64,000 bases of DNA from an uncultured Lachnospiraceae bacterium (GTDB lineage Bacteria > Bacillota > Clostridia > Lachnospirales > Lachnospiraceae): positions 2,237 through 66,236 of the forward strand of contig CAMVGV010000010.1 of assembly GCA_947167135.1 (NCBI GenBank), read 5' to 3'. Below are positions 49,340-58,367 of this stretch, piece by piece; positions within the stretch are counted from its first letter, which is position 1; each line of letters starts with the position of its first letter. The translations under genes were made by a program, and so were the position numbers. A model generated the notes under the pieces. That model was not told the origin of the DNA and searched no databases. It was given only the letters and a program-made list of their open reading frames with translations.

Positions 49340-50662
49340 TTACCTTCTCACAGGGAGCATTACATTTGAAAAGAATTCGCATCCTTCATGCGAAAAGTAG
49401 GCGTTTCCGCCTTTAGATCTCGCAATGGATCCGATTGAGACAAGCCCCAGGCCGTTTCTCTTGTGGCCTGTGGAAAAATAGGTGCCGTTTACGATTTCGG
49501 GAGTACCGTTAAAGCTGTTTACTGCGGTGATAAAGAGATAGTAGTCATTCCTCACAGCCGCCGTAAGGCGGATGAAGCGCTTATATGCTTCTATTTCCCG
49601 GCAGGCATTTATGGCGTTTTCCAGAATATTACCGAAAATGCTGCAAAGCTCATTGTCGGAAATATCCATTTCCTTCGGCAGGGAAATATCCACGCTAAGC
49701 GGTATCTTCTCCATCTTTGCGATCTCCATATAGTAATTGAGAACCGCGTTTACAGCGGGATTCGAACAGACAGTTTTCACGGTGAGACCCGGCATATCAA
49801 CAATATAGCGGTCGATCAGGCTTTCGATCTCTTCGGTTTTTCCTTCAGCTGCAAGGCTCTTTATCGTCCTCACCGTATGCTTGAAGTCATGCCGCTCCTT
49901 TGCAACTGCCTCCAGATAACGCTGCTGTTTCTTAAACTGGGTTTCCTGCATCTGCAGGATATTATTCTCATTCTCTATATCCGCCGCTTCGATCATTGCC
50001 GTTACTATGAAATAAAACTGGATACAGAGAAGTATCATCAGCGTAAAAAACAAAACGAGTGAGAGCCAGAAAGCCAGGAAAACATTGTGTACATGCAGCG
50101 TTTCATAGTGCCTGGGGACAATGAAAAGATTGTAGGTAAGAAAGATAGCCATCACTCCGGCTGCCGTATACCATATCCTGTTCTGATGAAGCCTGTCCAC
50201 CATCATCCTTCCAAAGACCCTGAGGGGCTGCCACACGATGAGAAGGAAGACCACATTTATCAGTGCCTGAAATACTGCTGCTCTGAAACTGAAGTGATTG
50301 ATATCGGAGGTGGGATTGATAATGGCATCATAGCCGTTGGCAAAATTATTTAAGAACCCCGTAGCCGCGCCTGACAGGATAAACATAAACAAAGCCTTGC
50401 TGGTATGACAGCTCAGACAGTAACGGAATACAATGAAACAGATAAGAAAGGCGAGCGGTGTGATCCCGTTATAGGAAAGACCAAAGTATACTTCGACTGC
50501 GGAAAGCACGAGGATCATGATAAGAAAAACAACAGAGACGATCTTTATTGTTTTTCCCCTGGAAAACCTAAGCTGGTTCTTCATAGGGAGAAAACAGAGC
50601 ATTGCGGCCGTGATAAAGGGGATCCAGGTAATTAAATCGGCAAAAAAAGCGGAGGAACTCAT
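49340..50662 (-). CDS. HPK10-type (AgrC/ComD-like) sensor histidine kinase, GHKL ATPase
   Basis: About 6 N-terminal TMs, an H-box KERHDFKHTVRTI, and a C-terminal HATPase_c_5-like region (GNILENAINA...GLGLVSI). Its start overlaps the RR stop (ATGA). Confidence 0.85.
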   Translation of the reverse strand: MSSSAFFADLITWIPFITAAMLCFLPMKNQLRFSRGKTIKIVSVVFLIMILVLSAVEVYFGLSYNGITPLAFLICFIVFRYCLSCHTSKALFMFILSGAATGFLNNFANGYDAIINPTSDINHFSFRAAVFQALINVVFLLIVWQPLRVFGRMMVDRLHQNRIWYTAAGVMAIFLTYNLFIVPRHYETLHVHNVFLAFWLSLVLFFTLMILLCIQFYFIVTAMIEAADIENENNILQMQETQFKKQQRYLEAVAKERHDFKHTVRTIKSLAAEGKTEEIESLIDRYIVDMPGLTVKTVCSNPAVNAVLNYYMEIAKMEKIPLSVDISLPKEMDISDNELCSIFGNILENAINACREIEAYKRFIRLTAAVRNDYYLFITAVNSFNGTPEIVNGTYFSTGHKRNGLGLVSIGSIARSKGGNAYFSHEGCEFFSNVMLPVRR

Positions 50663-51405
50663 AAGGTTACTCCGCGATGCTCATTCCGGAGCTTATGAAA
50701 AACATAATTTCTCCAGGTCTCCTCTGCCTCCGGCTGATTCTTCTGGCTGATGGGGATACGTATGCTGTTTATGATGCAGCAGACCCCCTTCTCAAAGTTC
50801 ATGATATGATCCATATTTACGATCATGCCCCTGGAGACCATAAGGAAACGACCATCCTTGCCCAGAGTATCCCAAAGCTCATTAAAGCCTGTCCTGGTCT
50901 TGTACACAGCCCCGTCCTTATCCTCTATCTCCTGCCTGTTTCCGTCAGCAATAACTGTAACAATGCGGGAATAGGGGATCTGGACGTCACATCGGTTACT
51001 CATAAATTTCAGGAGCTTATTTGCCCCGGGATCCGTTGTGCGATTCAGGATATCATCAAAGGCCTTAAAGACCCTCTCCCTGACCACCGGCTTTTCCATA
51101 TATTCGTATGCATGGATGGAAAAGGCCTCCGGCATATACTCCAGGCTGCTGGTCAGAAAGAGTATAAACATATCACTGTCCCTCTTTCGGATCTCCTGAG
51201 CCGCCTCCACACCGTTCATGCCCTCCATGAAAATATCCAGAAAGACCGCCGTATAGCGGAAGGGACGAAAGGCCATCAGAAAATCCTCTGCCTTATCAAA
51301 TTCATCAATAGACAGCTCCAGATCGTTTATTACGGAATATTCCTTTAGGTAAAGGATCAGAGGCTCTACCTCTTCCCTGATATCATCAACAATCGCAACG
51401 TTCAT
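50659..51405 (-). CDS. LytTR-family response regulator
   Basis: A REC domain (MNVAIVDD...FLDIFMEGMNG) plus a C-terminal LytTR DNA-binding domain (...IPYSRIVTVIADGNRQEI...FLMVSRGMIVNMDHI). Confidence 0.88.
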   Translation of the reverse strand: MNVAIVDDIREEVEPLILYLKEYSVINDLELSIDEFDKAEDFLMAFRPFRYTAVFLDIFMEGMNGVEAAQEIRKRDSDMFILFLTSSLEYMPEAFSIHAYEYMEKPVVRERVFKAFDDILNRTTDPGANKLLKFMSNRCDVQIPYSRIVTVIADGNRQEIEDKDGAVYKTRTGFNELWDTLGKDGRFLMVSRGMIVNMDHIMNFEKGVCCIINSIRIPISQKNQPEAEETWRNYVFHKLRNEHRGVTL

Positions 51406-51459
51406 ATGGTTATTATTATAAAAGAAAACAAATTAGATAAACAATCCTTTTCTGCTATG

Positions 51460-51686
51460 CAGCGCCAGCGCTTCTGTAATCCTGAGCGAAGCGAAGGATC
51501 TTTCCCAACCGATGAGAAAGATTCTTCGGGCTGCGCCCTCAGAATGACATACTCGTTTATGTCATCCTGAGCGAAGCGCTCCTGTCATCCTGAGCGCCAG
51601 CGAAGGATCTTCTACTGCCGGAGGAAAGATCCTTCGTCGCTTTGCTCCTCAGGATGACAAAGTAGGCTGCGCCCTCAGAATGACAC
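51460..51686. repeat. Composite REP array including a hairpin element of about 78 nt (51583-51660)
   Basis: Several GTCATCCTGAGCG / CCCTCAGAATGAC units. The 51583-51660 element is about 90% identical to the reverse complement of 49188-49268. Confidence 0.88.
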
Positions 51687-51689
51687 GAG

Positions 51690-53321
51690 CGTAGCTCTCA
51701 CCGGGCAGTATAGCTTCCGGTGAGATTGCTGCCCTTGAAAGTGAAGGTCTTCGAAGACCCGCTATAGCTCCACTCTTCCTTCTTTGCCTTGTAATCCTTT
51801 CCGTTTATCATCACTTTGACAGACTTCGGGCTCCCGTTCTTTTTCCATTTCACTGTCAAAGAATCCGTATTTCTGACATAGTAGGGATTTGACTTATATG
51901 ACAGACCCTTTGACCCCTTTGTGGCTTTCTTTATTTCTCTTTCCGTTTTTTTGTCGGCTCCGGAGAGTCCCGTTATCTGGAAGCAGTGGTTCTTTTTATT
52001 GATCTTTACCTTTGTTACCTTATAGGTGGCATTATTGACCGATACCGTGATCCCCTTTTCTCCAAAGACCTCTATTCCTGCCTTTGATTTTCCCCAGAAC
52101 GGAAGCTCGTGGCAGTAGGATATCCTTTATGATCCCTTTGTCTCCGTACGGTAGTCCATAGGCTTATTGTCGGAAACAGTGACTTTCTTTTCTGCCGCAT
52201 CATTACCGCTGCCGGTATTGTCGTCTGTTTTTCCTTCTTCATTCTCACTGCTGTTATCTTTTTTCTGATCCACATAGGTGAGATACCATGATGAAAGACG
52301 GTCTGTTTCTACAGGAAGCGTAGTGTCCGTACCGGATGAGGCGATCTCCACCCTTCCGTCATCATAAATATGGACAACGAAAAACGTTCTTATGACCTCC
52401 TCATCATCGTTCCTCATGGATACGGGAACCTCTATGGTAAATGCTATTTTCCCCGTTCCTTTTTCAGGTTCGATCTCCTGTTTACTGCCATTCCCGACCT
52501 GCTTATAAAGCTTGATATCAAGCATCATTCCGCTTCCCGATACATCAGTTCCGGTGCTTTTCTTTACCTCAGCCTCTGCTTTTGCTTTTGCCTCTTCATT
52601 GCCGCCGGTTGTATCACCGCTTGCCTTCTCTTTTATCTCCAGCGTTACCGTCAGGGTTTCTCCGGCTTCCACTGCCTGTTTTTCTGTTTCATTTAAGAGA
52701 CCGGCTGCGAGCTCTGCAGGGATCGTGACATCACTTACGGCAAAACCATCATTCTCACCGGTATCGTAGGTCACAACCTTGCTCTCTATCTTTCCGGTAC
52801 CGTTAGGTATGGTGTTTTCCGGGAGAGTTTCCTCGTTCCTTTTGTAAATATAGAAAGTATTTTTACCATATTCCACAGAGTAATTACCCTGTGTTTCTTC
52901 TCCGGATGCGCTTATTTCATACTTTCCGGCATCTTCTCCGCTTTCACGGGAGAGCGTATATTTTATAAGCCCATCGCTTTCACCCTCTACGATACCCGTA
53001 ACAGCTGCGGTCAGCTCCGGATCCTCTTCACCGGTAAGCTTTTCCTTTTCATCGGGCCTTACTGTTACCGCAGCTCTCTTTATCGTTACGCTTACACCGG
53101 CCTCTTCACTGTCAGAATGATCACTGTCCCCGAAGACCTTGTAATACACGGTATAGGTGCCTGCATCCTTCTTTACGGGGACATTCTCCGTATATCCGCT
53201 TCCGGATGTGAGGCTGTACATTAATGTTCCGCCTGCAGCGGTGCCTTTCTCTGTGAGGGTCTGATCACCTCCGTTGTAGGTAAGGTCTTTTGCGGAAGGA
53301 GCCTTTGTGATGACTGATCCG
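51690..53321. repeat. Adhesin 3' cassette, copy A (about 1.6 kb shared with copy C, 1.15 kb with copy B)
   Basis: The ORF track shows identical protein strings, identical antisense ORFs and identical 67-aa out-of-frame ORFs at offsets +4962 and +8076. Nucleotide comparison by eye shows identity except near the tract ends. Confidence 0.92.
51698..52126 (-). other. Start-less 142-codon ORF in frame with, and immediately after, the TAA stop of the LRR adhesin gene (copy A)
   Basis: Manual translation after TAA (52129-52127): RISYCHELPFWGKSKAGIEVFGEKGITVSVNNATYKVTKVKINKKNHCFQITGLSGADKK...KTFTFKGSNLTGSYTAR, then TGA (51700-51698). There is no ATG/GTG/TTG before codon 92, so it is absent from the ORF track. 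Confidence 0.6.
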
Positions 53322-56300
53322 GCCTTATTCCCGGCGGGTTCTGCAGATGCGGTAACCGTCACCTTGCAGGTCGCGGTTTTATTTCCGTCTGCCGTGGTGA
53401 CCGTGATGTTTGCCGTTCCGGGCGCAACAGCTGTTACCACACCCTTTTCATTTACCGTGGCGACCTGTGTATTACTGCTCTTCCAGGTCACTGCTTTATT
53501 TGTGGCATCTGAAGGTTCCACTGCAGCAGTAAGGGTCAGGGTCTTTCCCTTTACTATGGACGCACTGCTCTTATTAAGCTTTACCCCGGTTACAGAACGG
53601 GCAGCGATCTTAAATTTTTTCGTAAGATTCAGGACGTATCGCCCTGTTCCCTTTACTGTAACGGTGGCTTCGCCTGCATTGGTATTATTCTTGTACTGCA
53701 CGCTGTAGCAGCCGGGGTAGAGGATACCGTCTGCATTTTTTACGCTTATCTTCGGAGTGATCGCCTTTCCTGTGTATATCTGATCCGGGATATTATCGAT
53801 CACGTAGCCCTTGCCCGACAGATCCTCGCGGTAGTTGCAGATTAAATTGGCAGAGAGCATCTCCCCCTTGTCTTCATCCATATTATAATCGAGGAGAGTC
53901 AACGAGCCGAACTGGTTATCATACCCGCCAATCAAATACTGCTTGGCTTCCTCTGTTTCAGGATCTTTCCATTCTTCTCCCATTATAGGGAACATTGTTT
54001 TCAATATCTCAAGCTTACCTTCATCGCTTATGTTCCTGAAGCTGTCTTCAAGAGCCTGCCATTCCTCTTTACTGCCCGGGAAATAAACATCTTTAACCTC
54101 TGCCGCCATAAACAGGAAAGGCATCAGATGGTCTTTATCAAGGTTTTTGGGCAGGATCACCTTACCGGCACTGCCTTGGATAAACAGAAACAATCCAAGT
54201 TCAGTCACGCTGTCCGGTATATTGACACTCTCCATTTTATTTCCGGCAAATGCACAATCACCTATAGATTTCACTCCTTCAGGAATAAGAATGTTTTTAA
54301 GCTTCATGCATCCTGCAAAGGCATAAGGGGCTATCTTTTCCGTCCCGGAAGGAACAGAGTATGTACTTTCCTCCCTTCCTGCAGGGTACTGAATGAGAGT
54401 CTTTCCATCCTTTGAAAACAGTACGCCTCCAACAGCCTTGACGCAATTATTGCCCTCTGCAACATTTATAGAGACCAGTTCAGGACACACACAAAACGGA
54501 CTGCCCTCAGTTGTTCCTATCTCTTTTACACTTGCAGGGAGGGTGATCTCTTTTATGGGGCATTGCTGGAAAGCACAGGCGGCTATGGTTTCAAGACCTT
54601 CGTTAAGGCTTACGGTCTCTAATCCTTCATTAAAGGCAAACGCATATCTGCCTATGGATTTTACACTCTTAGGAATATTGACATTGGTCAATGCTGTTCC
54701 TGAAAATGCATACTCGTCTATGGATTCTAAGCCTTCTTTCAGAGTCAGGCTGCTTAATTTCTCACATGATTCAAACGCTTTCGAACCTATGGTTTTAAGA
54801 CCTTCCGGAAGAGTCACCTCTGTCACTCCCTTAAGCAGCAAGAAAGCGCTGTTTCCGATACCTGTGATACCATCTTTTATTATTATCCGGCTTATGTCAC
54901 TGAAAGAATAAATCTCACCATTATAACTCCAGGTTTTTTTCCATGGCTGCCCTGAGTTATCTGAGTTATCCGAATAATCCGGCATATTGCCCCGTCCGGA
55001 TATGGTCAGGATGAATTTCCCCTCCTCTTCATCCGGGCTTATCTCCCAGGTGATATTGTTGTTTTCACCTATGGTTCCGCTTTTTATCACATTTGAAGGA
55101 GTAATACTGAGTTCTTTGCTTTTAGCTATCTGTTTTTGCGATCCCTCCTCGTTGTAGTAACCCAGGACTCTGAAAACATATTCCTTTCCGGGGTCAAGTT
55201 TCTTTATCTCACTGTCGAGTTTTCCGTTAATGATCTGACTGTCCGGTACATTTATCCAATCTCCATTTTCATTTTTCATCTCTATCTTATAACTAAAGGC
55301 ATCTTTGGCAGGATCAATGTCGTAATATTTTTCCCAGCTTATTTTCGCCTTTCCGGTTCCGGATTCTGCTTCTATTGAAGCGTTGACTACGCCCTTCTTA
55401 TAGTTATAGATAACTGTAAACGGATTAGAATTGTTTACCGTTTCCAAACCGCCGTAATTCTCAAACTGCTCCTTTGTACCGCTGTACAGTATATACTTAT
55501 CGTCAACAGAGCATTTTTCAAAAACAGAACCCCCTGTTTCCTTGATATTGCTTCCAAAAGCCACGCGCGTCAGGTCTGTACATCCTGAAAAAAGCTTCTG
55601 CTCCAGACTGCTGACCCTCGACGGAATCTCGATACTTACAAGCCCTGATGTATTAAATGCGGATACTCCTATTTTCTCCAACGTATCCGGAAGTTCTATG
55701 CCTTTTAAGGCTTCGCATTTATAGAACGCATATTTTCCGATTGTTTTTAAATTGCCGGGAAGCTTTACCGAGGATAAAGAAGTGCACGTGCTAAAGGTAG
55801 AATCAGGCAGTATTTCCAATTTGCAGTTCTCATTAAAGCTGACCGTCTTAAGCTCTTTGCATTCGTTAAATACGCTTTCTCCCATTGAGGTAAGTCCCGA
55901 AGGAAGAGTGACCGATTTCAGGGCCGTTTTATACAAAGCCGTTTTTCCGATATGTGTAAGATTTTTCGGAAGCAAGATCTCAGATAAAGCTTCGCACTCA
56001 GAAAACGCATCGTCACCTATTGTTTCAACTTTTTCGGGAATCGTAATGCTTGTTAGAGCTTTACAACCATTAAAAGCAAAATCCCCGATCTCAGACAGAG
56101 ATTCCGGTAATTCCACTTCTGTGACCTCTGTGAAATCTTTAAGGGCATTATTCCCGACCCTTGTTATCCCCTTGTCTATCACAACCTTTGTCACTCTTTG
56201 AAGGGGGTAATAATTAGTGTCCTGTCCGAGCATGAATCCCTTTTGCCAGGGACTATTTGTACCCGCTACATAATCCGGTATTGCACCCTCACCTTCGAAG

Positions 56301-56533
56301 GTCAGGGTGTTCGTACCTGGATCGATCTTCCAACTGATGACCTTCCCGTTTCCGCCATCCACCTCGCCGGAGGCTATGGTCTCAATCTCTCCATTCCCGG
56401 AAGCTACCGGCTCACCGGCCATTACCTCTGCCCCACCGACCGGAACTCCTCCCGTAACTGGCATAAAAAGACTGCCGGCGAGTACCGCCGCTGCAGTAAT
56501 AACAGACATCATACGTCTTCCGCTCTTATTCAT
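52127..56533 (-). CDS. Secreted surface protein: two BspA-type leucine-rich-repeat blocks, FN3-like, Big_2, MBG (YGX-type) domains and a shared C-terminal module
   Basis: A signal peptide. Repeated ..IPE.V..IG..AF..C..L..I.LP motifs (LRR_5/BspA). A Big_2 segment (VTGVKLNKSSASIVKGKTLTLTA...ATCKVTV). An MBG-like domain (KLTGEEDPELTA...GNYSVEYGKNTFYI). No LPXTG. Confidence 0.85.
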   Translation of the reverse strand: MNKSGRRMMSVITAAAVLAGSLFMPVTGGVPVGGAEVMAGEPVASGNGEIETIASGEVDGGNGKVISWKIDPGTNTLTFEGEGAIPDYVAGTNSPWQKGFMLGQDTNYYPLQRVTKVVIDKGITRVGNNALKDFTEVTEVELPESLSEIGDFAFNGCKALTSITIPEKVETIGDDAFSECEALSEILLPKNLTHIGKTALYKTALKSVTLPSGLTSMGESVFNECKELKTVSFNENCKLEILPDSTFSTCTSLSSVKLPGNLKTIGKYAFYKCEALKGIELPDTLEKIGVSAFNTSGLVSIEIPSRVSSLEQKLFSGCTDLTRVAFGSNIKETGGSVFEKCSVDDKYILYSGTKEQFENYGGLETVNNSNPFTVIYNYKKGVVNASIEAESGTGKAKISWEKYYDIDPAKDAFSYKIEMKNENGDWINVPDSQIINGKLDSEIKKLDPGKEYVFRVLGYYNEEGSQKQIAKSKELSITPSNVIKSGTIGENNNITWEISPDEEEGKFILTISGRGNMPDYSDNSDNSGQPWKKTWSYNGEIYSFSDISRIIIKDGITGIGNSAFLLLKGVTEVTLPEGLKTIGSKAFESCEKLSSLTLKEGLESIDEYAFSGTALTNVNIPKSVKSIGRYAFAFNEGLETVSLNEGLETIAACAFQQCPIKEITLPASVKEIGTTEGSPFCVCPELVSINVAEGNNCVKAVGGVLFSKDGKTLIQYPAGREESTYSVPSGTEKIAPYAFAGCMKLKNILIPEGVKSIGDCAFAGNKMESVNIPDSVTELGLFLFIQGSAGKVILPKNLDKDHLMPFLFMAAEVKDVYFPGSKEEWQALEDSFRNISDEGKLEILKTMFPIMGEEWKDPETEEAKQYLIGGYDNQFGSLTLLDYNMDEDKGEMLSANLICNYREDLSGKGYVIDNIPDQIYTGKAITPKISVKNADGILYPGCYSVQYKNNTNAGEATVTVKGTGRYVLNLTKKFKIAARSVTGVKLNKSSASIVKGKTLTLTAAVEPSDATNKAVTWKSSNTQVATVNEKGVVTAVAPGTANITVTTADGNKTATCKVTVTASAEPAGNKAGSVITKAPSAKDLTYNGGDQTLTEKGTAAGGTLMYSLTSGSGYTENVPVKKDAGTYTVYYKVFGDSDHSDSEEAGVSVTIKRAAVTVRPDEKEKLTGEEDPELTAAVTGIVEGESDGLIKYTLSRESGEDAGKYEISASGEETQGNYSVEYGKNTFYIYKRNEETLPENTIPNGTGKIESKVVTYDTGENDGFAVSDVTIPAELAAGLLNETEKQAVEAGETLTVTLEIKEKASGDTTGGNEEAKAKAEAEVKKSTGTDVSGSGMMLDIKLYKQVGNGSKQEIEPEKGTGKIAFTIEVPVSMRNDDEEVIRTFFVVHIYDDGRVEIASSGTDTTLPVETDRLSSWYLTYVDQKKDNSSENEEGKTDDNTGSGNDAAEKKVTVSDNKPMDYRTETKGS

Positions 56534-56578
56534 TCCTGATCCTCCTGATCAAAGGTCTTCTCCTAAATTTCCTTTATA

Positions 56579-56644
56579 AAGATAAAAAATTTTTAGTCTG
56601 ATTTCAATAGAACCGTGACGAAAAAATCTGAAACGTGACGAAAA
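56579..56644 (-). promoter_or_regulatory. Candidate activator-dependent promoter: two direct repeats TTTTCGTCACG (20-nt period) abutting TTGAAA-17-TATCTT
   Basis: On the plus strand CGTGACGAAAA occurs at 56614-56624 and 56634-56644. On the minus strand the -35 TTGAAA lies at 56607-56602 and the -10 TATCTT at 56584-56579, about 45 nt upstream of the ATG at 56533. Confidence 0.4.
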
Positions 56645-56651
56645 GTTGATG

Positions 56652-57808
56652 AGTAGATCTCACCGGGAAGCATAGCTTCCGGTGAGATTGCTGCCCTTGA
56701 AGGTGAAGGTCTTCGAAGACCCGCTATAGCTCCACTCTTACTTCTTTGCCTTGTAATCCTTTCCGTTTATCATCACTTTGACAGACTTCGGGCTCCCGTT
56801 CTTTTTCCATTTCACTGTCAAAGAATCCGTATTTCTGACATAGTAGGGATTTGACTTATATGACAGACCCTTTGACCCCTTTGTGGCTTTCTTTATTTCT
56901 CTTTCCGTTTTTTTGTCGGCTCCGGAGAGTCCCGTTATCTGGAAGCAGTGGTTCTTTTTATTGATCTTTACCTTTGTTACCTTATAGGTGGCATTATTGA
57001 CCGATACCGTGATCCCCTTTTCTCCAAAGACCTCTATTCCTGCCTTTGATTTTCCCCAGAACGGAAGCTCGTGGCAGTAGGATATCCTTTATGATCCCTT
57101 TGTCTCCGTACGGTAGTCCATAGGCTTATTGTCGGAAACAGTGACTTTCTTTTCTGCCGCATCATTACCGCTGCCGGTATTGTCGTCTGTTTTTCCTTCT
57201 TCATTCTCACTGCTGTTATCTTTTTTCTGATCCACATAGGTGAGATACCATGATGAAAGACGGTCTGTTTCTACAGGAAGCGTAGTGTCCGTACCGGATG
57301 AGGCGATCTCCACCCTTCCGTCATCATAAATATGGACAACGAAAAACGTTCTTATGACCTCCTCATCATCGTTCCTCATGGATACGGGAACCTCTATGGT
57401 AAATGCTATTTTCCCCGTTCCTTTTTCAGGTTCGATCTCCTGTTTACTGCCATTCCCGACCTGCTTATAAAGCTTGATATCAAGCATCATTCCGCTTCCC
57501 GATACATCAGTTCCGGTGCTTTTCTTTACCTCAGCCTCTGCTTTTGCTTTTGCCTCTTCATTGCCGCCGGTTGTATCACCGCTTGCCTTCTCTTTTATCT
57601 CCAGCGTTACCGTCAGGGTTTCTCCGGCTTCCACTGCCTGTTTTTCTGTTTCATTTAAGAGACCGGCTGCGAGCTCTGCAGGGATCGTGACATCACTTAC
57701 GGCAAAACCATCATTCTCACCGGTATCGTAGGTCACAACCTTGCTCTCTATCTTTCCGGTACCGTTAGGTATGGTGTTTTCCGAGAGAGTTTCCTCGTTC
57801 CTTTTGTA
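56652..57808. repeat. Adhesin 3' cassette, copy B
   Basis: Identical to 51690-52846 except for a few SNPs. One of them creates TAA in the post-stop ORF (56740-56738). Confidence 0.92.
56660..57088 (-). other. Post-stop in-frame ORF, copy B (interrupted by an extra TAA at codon 117)
   Basis: Same sequence as copy A. GAA (E117) in copy A is TAA here. Confidence 0.6.
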
Positions 57809-58275
57809 AATTAGGAAGCGGCGACATTTACATCCTTCTCCCGTTCCTCTTCAACTGCTGCCTCTGCCTTCTCCTCGTCTGTGCGTCCGGCTTTATTTAC
57901 CGAGAGATGTATATCCCCCTCAGGAAAAGCACCGCTTTCAGCTCCTACGGTGATCTTTACGCCGTCAATTGTTTTTGATTCTTCGAAAGCATCAGAGGAT
58001 ACATTATCAGCGGGATCATCCGGGGCAGCTTCATTATCTGCTGCTTCGTCACCGGACACAGTTCTGCCGTCACCATTTCCGGATACACTGACAGAAGCGT
58101 CCGGCTTTTCAGGCTCTGAAATTTCCGGTCCCGCAGTATCAGACTCACCGGACTCCTGTTCTATGGTTTCCTCTATTTCAGATCCGAAAGCCACCGCCGG
58201 AACCTGCGTAGTCAGCATTATTGCCGTAAGTCCCACTGCTGCAAGTCTTTTCAATACATTCCCGTACCTTCTCAT
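57089..58275 (-). pseudogene. Chimeric, frame-disrupted adhesin fragment: 154-aa signal-peptide/acidic N-terminus joined out of frame to the shared C-terminal module
   Basis: ORF 57811-58275 (MRRYGNVLKRLAAVGLTAIMLTTQVPAVAFG...) stops at TAA 57813-57811. The shared module (..IYKRNEETLSENTIPNGTGKIESKVVTYDTGEN..) continues in the -1 frame from the same point. I see no slippery heptamer. Confidence 0.7.
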
Positions 58276-58367
58276 TTTGATGCTCCTTTAATCAATTATA
58301 AAAACTGTCTTCTATCCCTTTATATGTTTTATTACTATTATCCTGACAGTCAATAAAAGTGTCGTGA

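Noticed and set aside
52127-52129. Genome-wide reassignment of TAA as a sense codon to explain the in-frame extension
   Set aside because: TAA terminates well-defined housekeeping genes here, with correct protein C-termini and immediately following genes (glgD at about 17277, atpA at about 30658, atpD at about 32957).
52072-52275. Identical 67-aa ORFs (MWIRKKITAVRMKKEKQ...) at 52072, 57034 and 60148 spanning the adhesin stop codons
   Set aside because: They are out of frame with both the adhesin and the post-stop ORF and have a Lys/Arg-rich nonsense-like sequence. Their triplication merely reflects the duplicated DNA.
57805-57816. Programmed -1 ribosomal frameshift joining the 154-aa stub to the shared module
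   Set aside because: There is no slippery X XXY YYZ heptamer and no obvious downstream stimulatory structure. The junction coincides with the end of the repeat tract, so a recombination scar is the simpler reading. The question is kept open under findings.
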